This document shows, piece after piece, positions 39,334 through 48,633 of a stretch of DNA of 64,000 nt. Positions within the stretch are counted from its first letter, which is position 1; every line of letters starts with the position of its first letter. This stretch comes from Pseudomonadota bacterium (GTDB lineage: Bacteria > Pseudomonadota > Gammaproteobacteria > JAKAQQ01), in contig JAJZIH010000007.1 in assembly GCA_021810635.1 (NCBI GenBank), forward strand, positions 17,563-81,562, given 5' to 3'. Both the position numbers and the translations under genes were made by a program. The notes beneath the pieces are model-generated. The model did not search any database. It had not been told where the DNA came from and was given only the letters and a program-made list of their open reading frames with translations.

Positions 39334-40341
39334 ATGCAGAGTGCTACGCTGTCCGCCGCCCAAGACCTGTCCCCAGACGGTTTCGACCGGATCCGGATGC
39401 CACTCGCCACCGACTTGGGTGAACTCGACCGCCGGATCATCGACTGCCTGCAGTCCGACGTTCCCCTCGTCAACCAGGTGGGCTTCCATATCATCGGTGG
39501 AGGGGGCAAGCGGTTCCGGCCCCTTCTGCTCATTCTGGTCGCGCGTGCGCTCGGTTACCGTGGCACGGCCCACATCGATCTGGCGATGGTCGTGGAGTTC
39601 ATCCATACGGCCACCCTGCTCCACGATGACGTCGTGGACCATGCCGAGACCCGGCGCGGGCGCAAGGCGGCACACTGCATCTGGGGCAATGAGGCGAGTG
39701 TGCTCGTGGGGGATTTCCTTTATTCCCGCGCCTTTCAGGTGATGGCCTCGCTTCACCGCCATGAAGTCATGGACATTTTGGCGGATGCCACCAATGTCAT
39801 CGCCTCCGGTGAAGTGATGCAGCTCATGTACTGCCGCAATCTGGAGACCACCGAAGCGCATTATTTTGAAATTGCCCGCAGGAAAACCGCAACCCTGTTT
39901 GCGGTCGCGGCCGAGCTCGGTGCCGTCGCGGCCGGTCAGGATGCCGCCCGTCCGCGGTGGAACCGGGTGGGACACCATGTCGGGATGGCTTTTCAGCTGA
40001 TCGACGATGTGCTCGACTACAGCGCCCCGGCCGAACGGCTGGGCAAGACGGTCGGCAGTGATCTCGCGGAAGGAAAGCCGACCCTGCCGCTCATCCGGGC
40101 CTTGGCGGTGTCCGAGGGAGCACGGCGGGAAGCGCTGGAGGCGGCCATTCAAAGCCGGGGCGCCTCCGGGCTCGATGCGGTCCTGTCGGCCATCCGCGAA
40201 ACGGATGCCCTGGACTACACGCGCCTGCGGGCTGAACATGAGGCCCGGAGCGCACGCAGTGCCATTGAGTCCCTTGAATCCACGGTCTACGCGCAGGCGC
40301 TGGGACAACTCATCGATTTTTCCGTGCAGCGCGTTTTCTGA
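39334..40341 (+). CDS. ispB: octaprenyl-diphosphate synthase (trans-polyprenyl diphosphate synthase)
   Basis: 335 aa. LLHDDVVD (first DDxxD) and QLIDDVLD (second) motifs. Divergent from rplU as in many gammaproteobacteria. Confidence 0.9.
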   Translation: MQSATLSAAQDLSPDGFDRIRMPLATDLGELDRRIIDCLQSDVPLVNQVGFHIIGGGGKRFRPLLLILVARALGYRGTAHIDLAMVVEFIHTATLLHDDVVDHAETRRGRKAAHCIWGNEASVLVGDFLYSRAFQVMASLHRHEVMDILADATNVIASGEVMQLMYCRNLETTEAHYFEIARRKTATLFAVAAELGAVAAGQDAARPRWNRVGHHVGMAFQLIDDVLDYSAPAERLGKTVGSDLAEGKPTLPLIRALAVSEGARREALEAAIQSRGASGLDAVLSAIRETDALDYTRLRAEHEARSARSAIESLESTVYAQALGQLIDFSVQRVF

Positions 40342-40393
40342 AGGCCGGCGGCGGCGCGTGGTGAAGTCTGCCGTGTTACCATGAGCCCCTTTG

Positions 40394-40470
40394 CGGGGTG
40401 TAGCTCAGCCTGGTAGAGCACTACGTTCGGGACGTAGGGGCCGCAGGTTCAAATCCTGTCACCCCGACCA
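40394..40470 (+). tRNA. tRNA-Pro (anticodon CGG)
   Basis: Acceptor CGGGGTG/CACCCCG, anticodon stem CTACG/CGTAG with loop TTCGGGA, T-arm GCAGG-TTCAAAT-CCTGT (one G-T wobble), encoded CCA. Confidence 0.9.
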
Positions 40471-40640
40471 ATAGAGATCAAAATGTTACGCGGAATCAGG
40501 TGCATCTGATTCTGGCTCGGCACACCAGGCAAGCGCACGGCAAGTGCACGCCCATTGGACGCGCAAGCCGCATAGTCCCCCCGATCGCGAATGGGTATTT
40601 TCGCGAGAGTTATAGTCAAATGTTGTGTATGCCGTCATGA

Positions 40641-41021
40641 TCAGGCGGCGATTTCCTGACGGCCCTTCTTGGGTACGGCGACTCCATCCTTGAACACGAT
40701 CCCGGTGATGATCTCGGCCAGGCGTGTTCGGATCCCTTGAGGCTGTGCCAGCGGCCCTCGGCGCTTTTTGCCAACTTGAATGCCATCGAGAGGATGTTCG
40801 TGTGCGAGACGCATCTGCGGGTCTTCGCCGTGCGCAGCCGCACGCTCGAGAACGTCGACTCGCTGGGGTTTGTCGTACGCAGGTGCACCCCGTGCTCGGC
40901 GGGGAAGCCGTAGAAGGCGAGCTAGGCATCCTGATCCTTCGAGAGGCACTCGGCGACCTTCGGGTCCTTCGGTTCGTCGGTCGTGAGGAAGGGATCGAAC
41001 GCCGCTTGCGCATCCGCGCAT
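40641..41021 (-). pseudogene. IS256-family transposase, C-terminal fragment (frameshifted)
   Basis: HLRTTNPSESTFSSVRLRTAKTRRC...MAFKLAKSAEGRWHSLKG in one frame and ...LAEIITGIVFKDGVAV in another match the conserved IS256 C-terminus. There is no N-terminal part. Confidence 0.7.
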
Positions 41022-41039
41022 GTTGCCACCATCCGGATG

Positions 41040-41278
41040 GCGCGCCGCTCTTTGCCGCGCCCTATCGCTCCTACACCAATCCGCACATCGAGGGTCACAA
41101 TCGCATCTTTACCGAAAAGCTCTGGAGCCAGCCTCCGTTCTCCTCGCTCGTGGCGATCGATACCGAATGTGCGTGCTTCAATGCCGAGAGTGAGGAATTC
41201 TTTTGCTTCAAATTCGAGGAGCGGCTGCTTGCCAGGGCACTTCGCTATCACGGCACCGGCGTGACGATCAACCTGTAG
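41040..41278 (+). pseudogene. possible DDE integrase-core (rve-like) C-terminal remnant
   Basis: ...YRSYTNPHIEGHNRIFTEKLWSQPPFSSLVAIDTECACFN loosely follows the P..P..NG.iE.fn..lK.E....F.SL.eA......YN pattern of IS3/IS481-type transposases. The match is weak. Confidence 0.25.
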
Positions 41279-41306
41279 GCGCTCACCACCACGCGTGGAA
41301 AACGGA

Positions 41307-41363
41307 TCAGTTTTATATGGAACTGTAACGGGAAGGACCCCGACTTCAGCCGGGAGAATCTAT
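41307..41363 (+). repeat. solo IS200/IS605 right-end copy
   Basis: TCAGTTttATAtGGAACTGTAACGGGAAGGACCCC-(GC hairpin)-GAATCTAT. The same string, with 3 mismatches, a different hairpin sequence and the same terminal octamer, occurs at 13364-13424 at the 3' end of the intact tnpA element. Confidence 0.55.
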
Positions 41364-41773
41364 TCGCTTCGTCGAGAGTTGGAAAGAACGCTATGATGAA
41401 ATCGGAATCGGGGTCCTGGAGCGGTTTATTGATTTGCCGACGGTCTACCTCAACCCATCCGTCTTTGCCTCGCTCGATCTGGCAGAGGCGAAACTTGCCA
41501 TTGTCCCGAAAATGGAGGGTCAGGCGCCCCCCATTGCCGTCAGGGCCTTCCCGTATGAGGCCTCATGGATGATGCATAAGGGTGGTAAAGTTTCATACCA
41601 AAGCCAGCCCCCGGGACCTCAGGATTCTTAAGCATGACTACCGTATCGTTGTTCATGCTGCGTATTCACTCCTTGGTAAAAGGTGATGATCTTGGTCGAC
41701 CATCAAAAATACGCCGGCTTCTCATTTCAGGTCATCCACTGCCTTTGAGCATAACTCCAGAGGTGAAAATTCC

Positions 41774-42196
41774 ATGTCGATCTTCGATGGCAAATTGACG
41801 ACCGGCGGAAAATTCCTCGCATTGGGCGTTTCGGCCTCGTTTTATTACTATTTCTCGATCGTTGTGATCGCAGAAGTGTTTTTGCTCGGAATTGTTCTCG
41901 GGGCACTCCTCCATAACTACTTGATCGGACTGGGCGTTTCTTTTGCGGGATTTGTCTTGATTTGGTTCCATGCGATCCGCCTGTTCATGCACTGGATTTT
42001 GTTCGCGTTCCTCCTGATACTGGCGTTCCATCTCTTGTCGGCCGTAGCCACCCCCTTGGCGATCTTTATCGTCATGTTTCTGATTCTTTTCCTGTTGGCG
42101 GTCAACTACGAGTTTTTTATTCGCATGCCCCAACGGATCGCGCAAAACGCCCGGGGAACCCTGATCGAAGATCCGAAATCGGAGGACGATTCATGA
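41774..42196 (+). CDS. hypothetical 4-TM membrane protein
   Basis: 140 aa in a markedly AT-richer stretch. Four long hydrophobic segments and an acidic tail (EDPKSEDDS). Its stop overlaps the ATG of a following ORF (ATGA at 42193). Confidence 0.55.
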   Translation: MSIFDGKLTTGGKFLALGVSASFYYYFSIVVIAEVFLLGIVLGALLHNYLIGLGVSFAGFVLIWFHAIRLFMHWILFAFLLILAFHLLSAVATPLAIFIVMFLILFLLAVNYEFFIRMPQRIAQNARGTLIEDPKSEDDS

Positions 42197-42322
42197 GTAT
42201 CGAAACGATTTTGTTCGGGGCGATGTTCGAATCTAATGGGATGAACGTCCCCTTCTTCCAAACGCGGTTCGATGTCATGATGGGGAACTCATCGACCGGA
42301 GGCCCATTCCCTGCACGAGGTT

Positions 42323-42500
42323 ATGACACTCGGTATCGATTTGGCAAAGAATGTGTTTCAGTTGTACGGCGACGATCGCTCCGGCAAGCCGGTGCTGCGG
42401 AAAACCGTCAGCCGGGCCAAGTGATTGAAGAGTTGAATCAACGTGCCACGCTGTCTGGTGGGCATGGAGTCATCTGCGGGAAGTCCGGCATCTGATGTGG
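42323..42500 (+). pseudogene. IS110-family transposase, N-terminal fragment
   Basis: ATG 42323: MTLGIDLAKNVFQLYGDDRSGKPVLRKTVSRAK*. After a frameshift comes ...PRCLVGMES.... This is the conserved IS110 N-terminus (GIDLAKNVFQ..G.d..Gk.vlrk...R.....LPPCLVGMEAC). Nothing further follows. Confidence 0.55.
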
Positions 42501-42539
42501 TGGCAGTCTTTCGCCGTTGCGTGTTTCAGGCGCTACCGG

Positions 42540-43113
42540 GTGAGTTGTCCGGACTGCGGGATCCGGTGTCGGTTCATCATCGCCGGCTCGAAGGCGCTGC
42601 GCAGCGCCAGTGAGGAAGTGTTCGGGGATCGTGCCCACGTGCAGCGCTGTCGCACACACAAGGTCCGCCGTGTCACCGAACGGCTACCTCAGGTGGTGAC
42701 CGCGCAGGTCAAGAGCGCGATGCACGCAGCCTGTCAACGGCCGGGAAAGAAGGGCATGACGCGACTGCGACAGCAGGCCAAGTGGCTCGCGACCGACTGC
42801 CCGTACGGCGGCCAGACTGCCTGAAGGGCTGGAGGAGACCTTCACTATCAATCGGCTGAAGCTCACACCGGCACTCATGCGCTGTCTGGCCACCACGAAT
42901 CTGATCGAGAATCCGAATGGCGCCGTACGGCGCGTCCCCGGCCGTGTTACGCGCGACCGGGATGGCGGGATGGTGTTGCGCTGGGCCGTCACGGGCTTCC
43001 TCGAAGGCGTGAAGTCGTTCCGCCGCATCCAAGGTCATCGTGATCTGTGGGTACTGGCCACCGCGCTCGGAAAAACGGCCATACGCGTTGACGCCAGCGG
43101 GAAGATCGCGTAG
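42540..43113 (+). pseudogene. IS256-like (mutator-type) transposase, C-terminal half, frameshifted
   Basis: FIIAGSKALRSASEEVFGDRAHVQRCRTHKVRRVTERLP... then a frameshift near 42825 ...LPEGLEETFTINRLKLTPALMRCLATTNLIENPNGAVRRV...FRRIQGHRDLWVL. Confidence 0.65.
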
Positions 43114-43183
43114 TCTACGAATCGACTGCCATCTCAACCTTCTACTGAGTTTGGGACATTGCCCGGTCCCAAGGTTCAAACCC

Positions 43184-43696
43184 ATGGTCCAGAGCGTTTT
43201 TTCGCGCGACGAACTGATCGCGCATGCCCGCGGGGAACTGTTCCCGAATCATGTCGGCCGACTTCCCCTGCCGAATATGCTCATGTTCGACCGGATCACC
43301 CATATCCAGTCCGACGGGGGTGACTTCGGGCGGGGAGTAGTGATCGCCGAAATGGATGTCCGGCCAGATTTATGGTTTTTCGGCTGCCATTTCGTCGACG
43401 ACCCGGTCATGCCTGGCTGTCTCGGTCTCGATGCACTCTGGCAACTCACCGGTTTCTTCCTGACTTGGCTGGGCGAGCCGGGCTCCGGGCGCGCGCTTGG
43501 TGTGGACAAGGTCCGGTTCAGCGGACAGATTCTTCCTACCTCCCATCTCGTGCGCTACGTTGTTCACGTCAAGCGAATCATCCACAGCAAACTCACCCTG
43601 ATCGTGAGTAACGGCAGTGTGTCGATCGATGACCGGGAGATTTATACCGCAGAGGCTTTGCGGGTGGCTTTGTTTACCTCGATCACCGGTTTCTGA
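43184..43696 (+). CDS. fabA: 3-hydroxydecanoyl-ACP dehydratase / trans-2-decenoyl-ACP isomerase
   Basis: 170 aa. [11 protein letters not shown] and [27 protein letters not shown] (active-site His and Asp context) are almost identical in pattern to E. coli FabA. Confidence 0.92.
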   Translation: MVQSVFSRDELIAHARGELFPNHVGRLPLPNMLMFDRITHIQSDGGDFGRGVVIAEMDVRPDLWFFGCHFVDDPVMPGCLGLDALWQLTGFFLTWLGEPGSGRALGVDKVRFSGQILPTSHLVRYVVHVKRIIHSKLTLIVSNGSVSIDDREIYTAEALRVALFTSITGF

Positions 43697-43704
43697 GCCA
43701 CTCC

Positions 43705-44919
43705 ATGAAACGCGTGGTCGTGACCGGATTGGGGATTGTCTCCTGTCTCGGTAACTGCAAATCCGATGTCGCCGCATCTCTCGCAGCGGGTCGATCGGGG
43801 ATCACGTTTATCAGTGAGTATGAGCGTCTCGGATTCCGGAGCCGGATCGCGGGCATTCCCCCAATCGACCTCGATGCCGCCATCGACCGAAAGCAGAAAC
43901 GGTTCATGGGAGATGCCGCTGCCTACTGCTTTCTCGCCATGCGCAACGCCATCGCCGATGCCGGACTCACGCCTGACGAAGTCTCCGATCAACGAGTGGG
44001 GATCCTTGCCGGATCGGGCGGCGGATCCGTGGCCCATACCATCGAAACCGCAGATGAACTCCGCAGCAAGGGTATCCGCCGGGTCGGACCTTACCGGGTG
44101 GCCCGCACCATGTGCTCAACGGTTTCCGCCAATCTCGCAACCCAGTTTCGGATCCAAGGCATCAACTACTCCATCTCTTCCGCTTGTGCCACATCAGCCC
44201 ATTGCATTGGATCAGCCATGCAGCTCATCCAGTACGGACTCCAGGATCGTATCTTCGCCGGAGGTGGCGAGGAGATCCACTGGGGCATGACCGCCATGTT
44301 CGACGCCATGGGGGCCTTGTCCTCCGCCTCGAACGACCAGCCTCAAAAAGCGTCACGCCCGTTCGATTCCCGCCGGGATGGTTTTGTCATTGCGGGAGGG
44401 GGAGGGATTCTGGTTCTCGAAGCACTCGAACTCGCACAAAAACGCGGGGCCCATATTTATGCCGAACTGGTGGGATATGGGGCCACTTCCGACGGCCAGG
44501 ACATGGTAGCACCCTCCGGAGAAGGTGCCGAGCGCTGCATGCGCATGGCGCTTGGCGCGAGCGGAGGCCCCGTGGATTATCTCAATGCACACGGCACATC
44601 GACTCCGGCTGGAGACGCAATGGAGCTTCAGGCGATTCATAACGTGTTTACGTCGGACATACCGATGATTTCATCAACCAAATCCCTGTCCGGGCACTCC
44701 CTGGGAGCGGCCGGGGTTCACGAAGCCATCTACAGTCTTCTCATGCTCGAGGGCGACTTCATCGCGCCATCAGTCAATATCGAAACCCTTTGCCCGGAAG
44801 CGGAGGGACTGCCGATTATTCGTCAGCGCCGGGGGATCCGCATCAACCGGGTGATGTCGAATAGTTTCGGTTTCGGAGGCACCAACGCGACGCTCGTCTT
44901 TCAACGATACCCGCTCTGA
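43705..44919 (+). CDS. fabB: beta-ketoacyl-ACP synthase I
   Basis: 404 aa. [13 protein letters not shown] (active-site Cys), [11 protein letters not shown] and [22 protein letters not shown] (catalytic His residues). Lies 8 nt after fabA. Confidence 0.92.
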   Translation: MKRVVVTGLGIVSCLGNCKSDVAASLAAGRSGITFISEYERLGFRSRIAGIPPIDLDAAIDRKQKRFMGDAAAYCFLAMRNAIADAGLTPDEVSDQRVGILAGSGGGSVAHTIETADELRSKGIRRVGPYRVARTMCSTVSANLATQFRIQGINYSISSACATSAHCIGSAMQLIQYGLQDRIFAGGGEEIHWGMTAMFDAMGALSSASNDQPQKASRPFDSRRDGFVIAGGGGILVLEALELAQKRGAHIYAELVGYGATSDGQDMVAPSGEGAERCMRMALGASGGPVDYLNAHGTSTPAGDAMELQAIHNVFTSDIPMISSTKSLSGHSLGAAGVHEAIYSLLMLEGDFIAPSVNIETLCPEAEGLPIIRQRRGIRINRVMSNSFGFGGTNATLVFQRYPL

Positions 44920-45065
44920 CCGTGTGCTCACGCCCATGCATGCGCATGACCCGGAACCGACGGGGCCATTCTCGTTAGGCGGTGCCAGAGCGCGGCCATC
45001 GGATAAAAATTATGGGAATGCGATAGCGGCTTTCGCCCGCCCCTGCACATGGCTGCGCAGCATCA

Positions 45066-45597
45066 CTAGCTGTCCCCGCGGGGAAATGTATACTGCTTTT
45101 CCGTAAAGAGCCGAACACGTACATCCACAGCCGCCTCGTCGAATTGTGTACCCCCTGGGCCGTGATTTCGGCCAGCACAACATCGATCGCGAGGCCTTCC
45201 CGATAGGGGCGATGCGATGCCATGGCTTCGACGATATCCGCCACAGCGATAATGCGCGATTCAAGGGTGCTCGACCGACCCTTGATACCCAGCGGATAAC
45301 CCGAGCCATCGATCCGCTCGTGATGCTGAAGGGAAACCGCCGCGATAGGCCATGGTACATCCAGGTTGCGCAGAATCTCCTCTCCGACCACGGAGTGGGT
45401 TTTCACGATTCCGAACTCGTATAGGGTCAACTTTCCGGGTTTGGCCAGTATTTCGAAGGGGACGGCTATTTTGCCGAGGTCGTGCACGGTTCCACAGATG
45501 CTCAAGCCCCTGCATCGCTCTTCGTCGAGTCCCATATCCCTGCCAATCGCGGCAGCCAGTTCCCCGATTGATATCCAAAAGGTAGGCTTGGCGTGCG
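45066..45597 (-). pseudogene. HD-GYP phosphodiesterase domain, 5'-truncated and frameshifted
   Basis: VHDLGKIAVP...HHERIDGSGYPLG...IIAVADIVEAMASHRPY is an HD-GYP domain. It starts abruptly at the IS3 remnant. The expected C-terminus GTQFDEAAVDVRVRLFTEKQ...* lies in the +1 frame after the G-run near 45155. Confidence 0.65.
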
Positions 45598-45930
45598 ATG
45601 GGCAGCCCATGCCGACGGTCGATCGTCGCTTTGCGCTCGGCAATCCCGCTTGGCGAGCGCGCGTTCAAAAAAATCCAATTCAAGCGCTTGCCGTCCAATC
45701 TTGGCATGTAGCGGGGACAGATCGACAGCTTCCGATGCCTGGACTCCGGCCCCTCTAAAAACTTCGGTCGCCTGCTCAAGCAGTTGCCTCTTCCGCTCCG
45801 TAATCCGATTGGGGTGCAGCTCAAACAGCGCAGCCAGTTCGGCCAGTGTCTGGTCTTCACCCACGGCCGCCAAAGCTACCCGAGCCTTGAAATCCGCATG
45901 GCGGGTGCGCTGCCCTGATTTCTTGATCAT
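45502..45930 (-). pseudogene. IS3-family transposase OrfA (HTH) remnant
   Basis: MIKKSGQRTRHADFKARVALAAVGEDQTLAELAALFELHPNRITERKRQLLEQATEVF...LHAKIGRQALELDFFERAL is a typical IS3 OrfA. No OrfB follows. The reading frame degenerates and abuts the HD-GYP fragment. Confidence 0.7.
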
Positions 45931-46093
45931 CTAAAACTCCTCGTCGCCAAGCCTTTCACGGCCCAGCATGATGCCCGGAGTTTCTACTTATATAGCACTG
46001 TTCGAATTTGCAGGACCACTTCTTCGGCGGCAGCTGACGCGAATGTCGCCTTTCGCGAAATTCGAGTGGATGGGATCCGGCCGTTGGTGGCCG

Positions 46094-46495
46094 TTACGGT
46101 ACGGTCCAATCTTCGAGCCGCAGACCCTCAATTCGTGAAAACTCCCGGGTGTTGTGCGTAACGAGGATGACGCTCAGCGCATGCGCGTGGCTTCCGATCA
46201 GCGTGTCGAGGGGACCGATTGGCCTGCCGCGCCGCTCGAGCGACGCTCGGACATCTCCGTACCTCATCGCGGCAAGTTCGTCGAAAGCGGCTACCTCAAG
46301 CGCCAACAGAAACTCGTCCAGAGCTTCGCGTGCATCCTTGGAATGATTGCTCTTTGCCGCTCCGAATGCGAGCTCGCCCATCGAGGCCGATGAAATGCCG
46401 ACCTGGCCGATCGATTTGCCGCGCAGCTTCCTGAGTGCGAGCGGATGCTTCTTGATGATGGCGATACAGGTATCCGTACCGAGCATCCACTTCAC
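46094..46495 (-). CDS. vapC: type II toxin VapC (PIN domain)
   Basis: 133 aa. MLGTDTCIAII (first acidic residue), ...ELAFGA..., THNTREFSRIEGL. 4-nt overlap with the upstream antitoxin. Confidence 0.85.
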   Translation of the reverse strand: MKWMLGTDTCIAIIKKHPLALRKLRGKSIGQVGISSASMGELAFGAAKSNHSKDAREALDEFLLALEVAAFDELAAMRYGDVRASLERRGRPIGPLDTLIGSHAHALSVILVTHNTREFSRIEGLRLEDWTVP

Positions 46496-46734
46496 GGGAG
46501 CGAATCCCGCCGCTCTGCTTCAGGGGGCTGCTTGCGGTGGCTCATGAAATCCGCCGGAAACTTGTCCAGGCTTTCCACCAAAGTGTCCCAGGATTTGGCT
46601 TTGGGCAGCAACACGACCGCGCTGCCGACGCACTTGATCAAGACCTCATCTCCAGCGAAGCGGAACTCCTTCGGCAGCCGTACAGCCTGGCTGTCACCGT
46701 TCTTGAACAACTTGGCGGTTTTCATGACGGTCAT
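46492..46734 (-). CDS. vapB: type II antitoxin VapB (AbrB/SpoVT fold)
   Basis: 80 aa. KTAKLFKNGDSQAVRLPKEFRF.GDEVLI is the swapped-hairpin DNA-binding motif. Confidence 0.8.
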   Translation of the reverse strand: MTVMKTAKLFKNGDSQAVRLPKEFRFAGDEVLIKCVGSAVVLLPKAKSWDTLVESLDKFPADFMSHRKQPPEAERRDSLP

Positions 46735-47354
46735 TTCTATCGTCTATCGTCTTTATCTATGTGAAATACATTATTGCCGAGGAACTTTCGTCAAGGACCC
46801 CCGCACCTCCCTGCTCCCCCCATCGTCGCCGTCCCGGATCACGCGCACCGTCCTCTGCGTTCAGAAGCGACTTGAAAATGGTGACTGTGGATGTCCGGTT
46901 CGGGTACTGCCGACCGAGCACCTGAGCGTCTGCAGTTGGCCGGCAGACGTCAGCGGCACTAGACGGGGTGGAGCAGGCGAACCCGAGCTGGAATGTCCGC
47001 CTGGCGTGCCTGGAGCGCACTGAAGTTCCACGCTTTTCCAGACAGGACGCTGTCACCCGGTCTGGGACGCGGCGACTCGATGACCTCCGACCCCCTGTGC
47101 CAATATGACCTGGAACACCTGCCTTCTGAAATTTACGGCTCTTCCGCACAAATTCGAACCGACACAGGAGCTCGCCTTTATCCACCTTGCGCGCCTCGAT
47201 GATCGCGCGGGCGTCAGAGCGAACTACCGGGCAGATGGTCACCGGGTTCATGCACGCACTGAGGATGCTTGATTGGGCTTCATCTCCTCAAGAAGATCCG
47301 TGCGCGGCGCCGCGGATCCGCCCACTCGCCCTGAGCAACCCTCGCTGAGACACC

Positions 47355-47360
47355 CTATAA
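47355..47360 (+). promoter_or_regulatory. TATAAT -10 box upstream of mrr
   Basis: A perfect TATAAT lies 39 nt upstream of GTG 47399. A weak -35 (TGAGCA) lies 18 nt upstream. Confidence 0.3.
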
Positions 47361-47398
47361 TCGCGACCGTGGTCCTATAGACGGACCCCGGGGGGGTT

Positions 47399-48322
47399 GT
47401 GGCTGTACCTACCTACGACCAGTTCATTGAACCGATCCTCAGATACCTCGCGTCAAGGCCGCAAGGAGCCATGGCCCGTGATGCGCACGACGCGGCCGCA
47501 AACGCGCTCCACTTGACCGGCCAGGACCGGCAGGAACTCCTTTCGGGCGGCACTCAGCTCGTCTACAAGAATCGTGCTGGCTGGGCGCATGACCGTCTGA
47601 AGCGAGCGGGCCTGTCTTCTAGTCCTCGGCGTGGCCATTGGCAACTGACACCGAAGGGTATCGAGTTTGCGTCTGCACATGCCGTTCCACTCTCTCCATC
47701 GGACGTAGAGCAGCTCGCCGTCGGCTTCATGGACGTGAAGCTGCGCGAGCCCGACGATCATCCACTCGTGGCCCAATCATCGCCCAGATTTTCTTCCAGC
47801 GTCACCGCGAGTCCTGATGACAGGCTCGAAGAGGCCCGCCTCGAACTGCGCACGCGTGTTGCGGCAGAGCTCCTGGGGGCGCTCCAGGATGCATCTCCGT
47901 CCTTCTTTGAAACTCTCGTGCTCGATGTGCTCCACAAGATGGGTTACGGGATCAGCCGTGCCGACCTGCAACGTGTCGGTGGATCGGGAGATGGTGGGAT
48001 CGATGGCGTCATTTCGCTGGACCAGCTTGGCCTTGAGAAAGTCTATGTTCAGGCGAAGCGCTGGCAACAGACTGTGGGCCGACCCGAGGTGCAGGCCTTC
48101 TACGGAGCCCTTCGTGGGCACCAGGCGAAGAAGGGGGTCTTCATCACGACCTCGACCTACACACCGCAGGCGGTAGAGTACGCGAGATCCGTTGAGGGAA
48201 TCGTCCTTGTTGATGGTGGGTGGCTGACCGAGCTGATGATGGATCACGAGGTCGGCGTTACCTCCCGTGTGATTCGTGTTCCGAAGATTGACAGTGACTA
48301 CTTCGATGAGACGTCTACCTGA
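47399..48322 (+). CDS. mrr: Mrr-family type IV restriction endonuclease
   Basis: 307 aa. The N-terminal Mrr_N winged helix (PTYDQFIEPILRYLA...YKNRAGWAHDRLKRAGL) is followed by the Mrr catalytic core (GDGGIDGV...VYVQAKRW, D-(Q/E)xK). Confidence 0.85.
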   Translation: MAVPTYDQFIEPILRYLASRPQGAMARDAHDAAANALHLTGQDRQELLSGGTQLVYKNRAGWAHDRLKRAGLSSSPRRGHWQLTPKGIEFASAHAVPLSPSDVEQLAVGFMDVKLREPDDHPLVAQSSPRFSSSVTASPDDRLEEARLELRTRVAAELLGALQDASPSFFETLVLDVLHKMGYGISRADLQRVGGSGDGGIDGVISLDQLGLEKVYVQAKRWQQTVGRPEVQAFYGALRGHQAKKGVFITTSTYTPQAVEYARSVEGIVLVDGGWLTELMMDHEVGVTSRVIRVPKIDSDYFDETST

Positions 48323-48633
48323 TCGAGAGGGGGCTACGGGAGTTGGAGACCGGTGATCATCGGAACAGCGTCGGCAAAATGTCGCCCCCGCCAGTAATTT
48401 CCTGAAACCGAGTGTGTCTATGCCCATGGGTAGAGAGGTGCAGGTGACTCACCGTGAACTTGTTCGACTGTCCGCGGGTGCTGAAAACCGGTTCTCCCGC
48501 ACTTCGGCTCCGAAAAATCGGCAACGGTCGGGCTCAGTTCAGGTTGTTTTGTGAATGAGGTGCCGCATCGCGATGGGCTGCCGCATTGGACAACCCAAGC
48601 CATTTGGGGCTTTCGTAAACCGTTCGATTGGGA

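Noticed and set aside
40493-40512. Perfect hairpin GAATCAG-GTGCAT-CTGATTC 23 nt after tRNA-Pro as terminator or IS inverted repeat
   Set aside because: No U-tract follows and no partner repeat was found. It could equally be chance or IS256-end debris.
44925-44950. Overlapping palindromes CATGCATG / ATGCGCAT downstream of fabB
   Set aside because: They are very short, with no flanking stem extension or T-tract, and no second copy.
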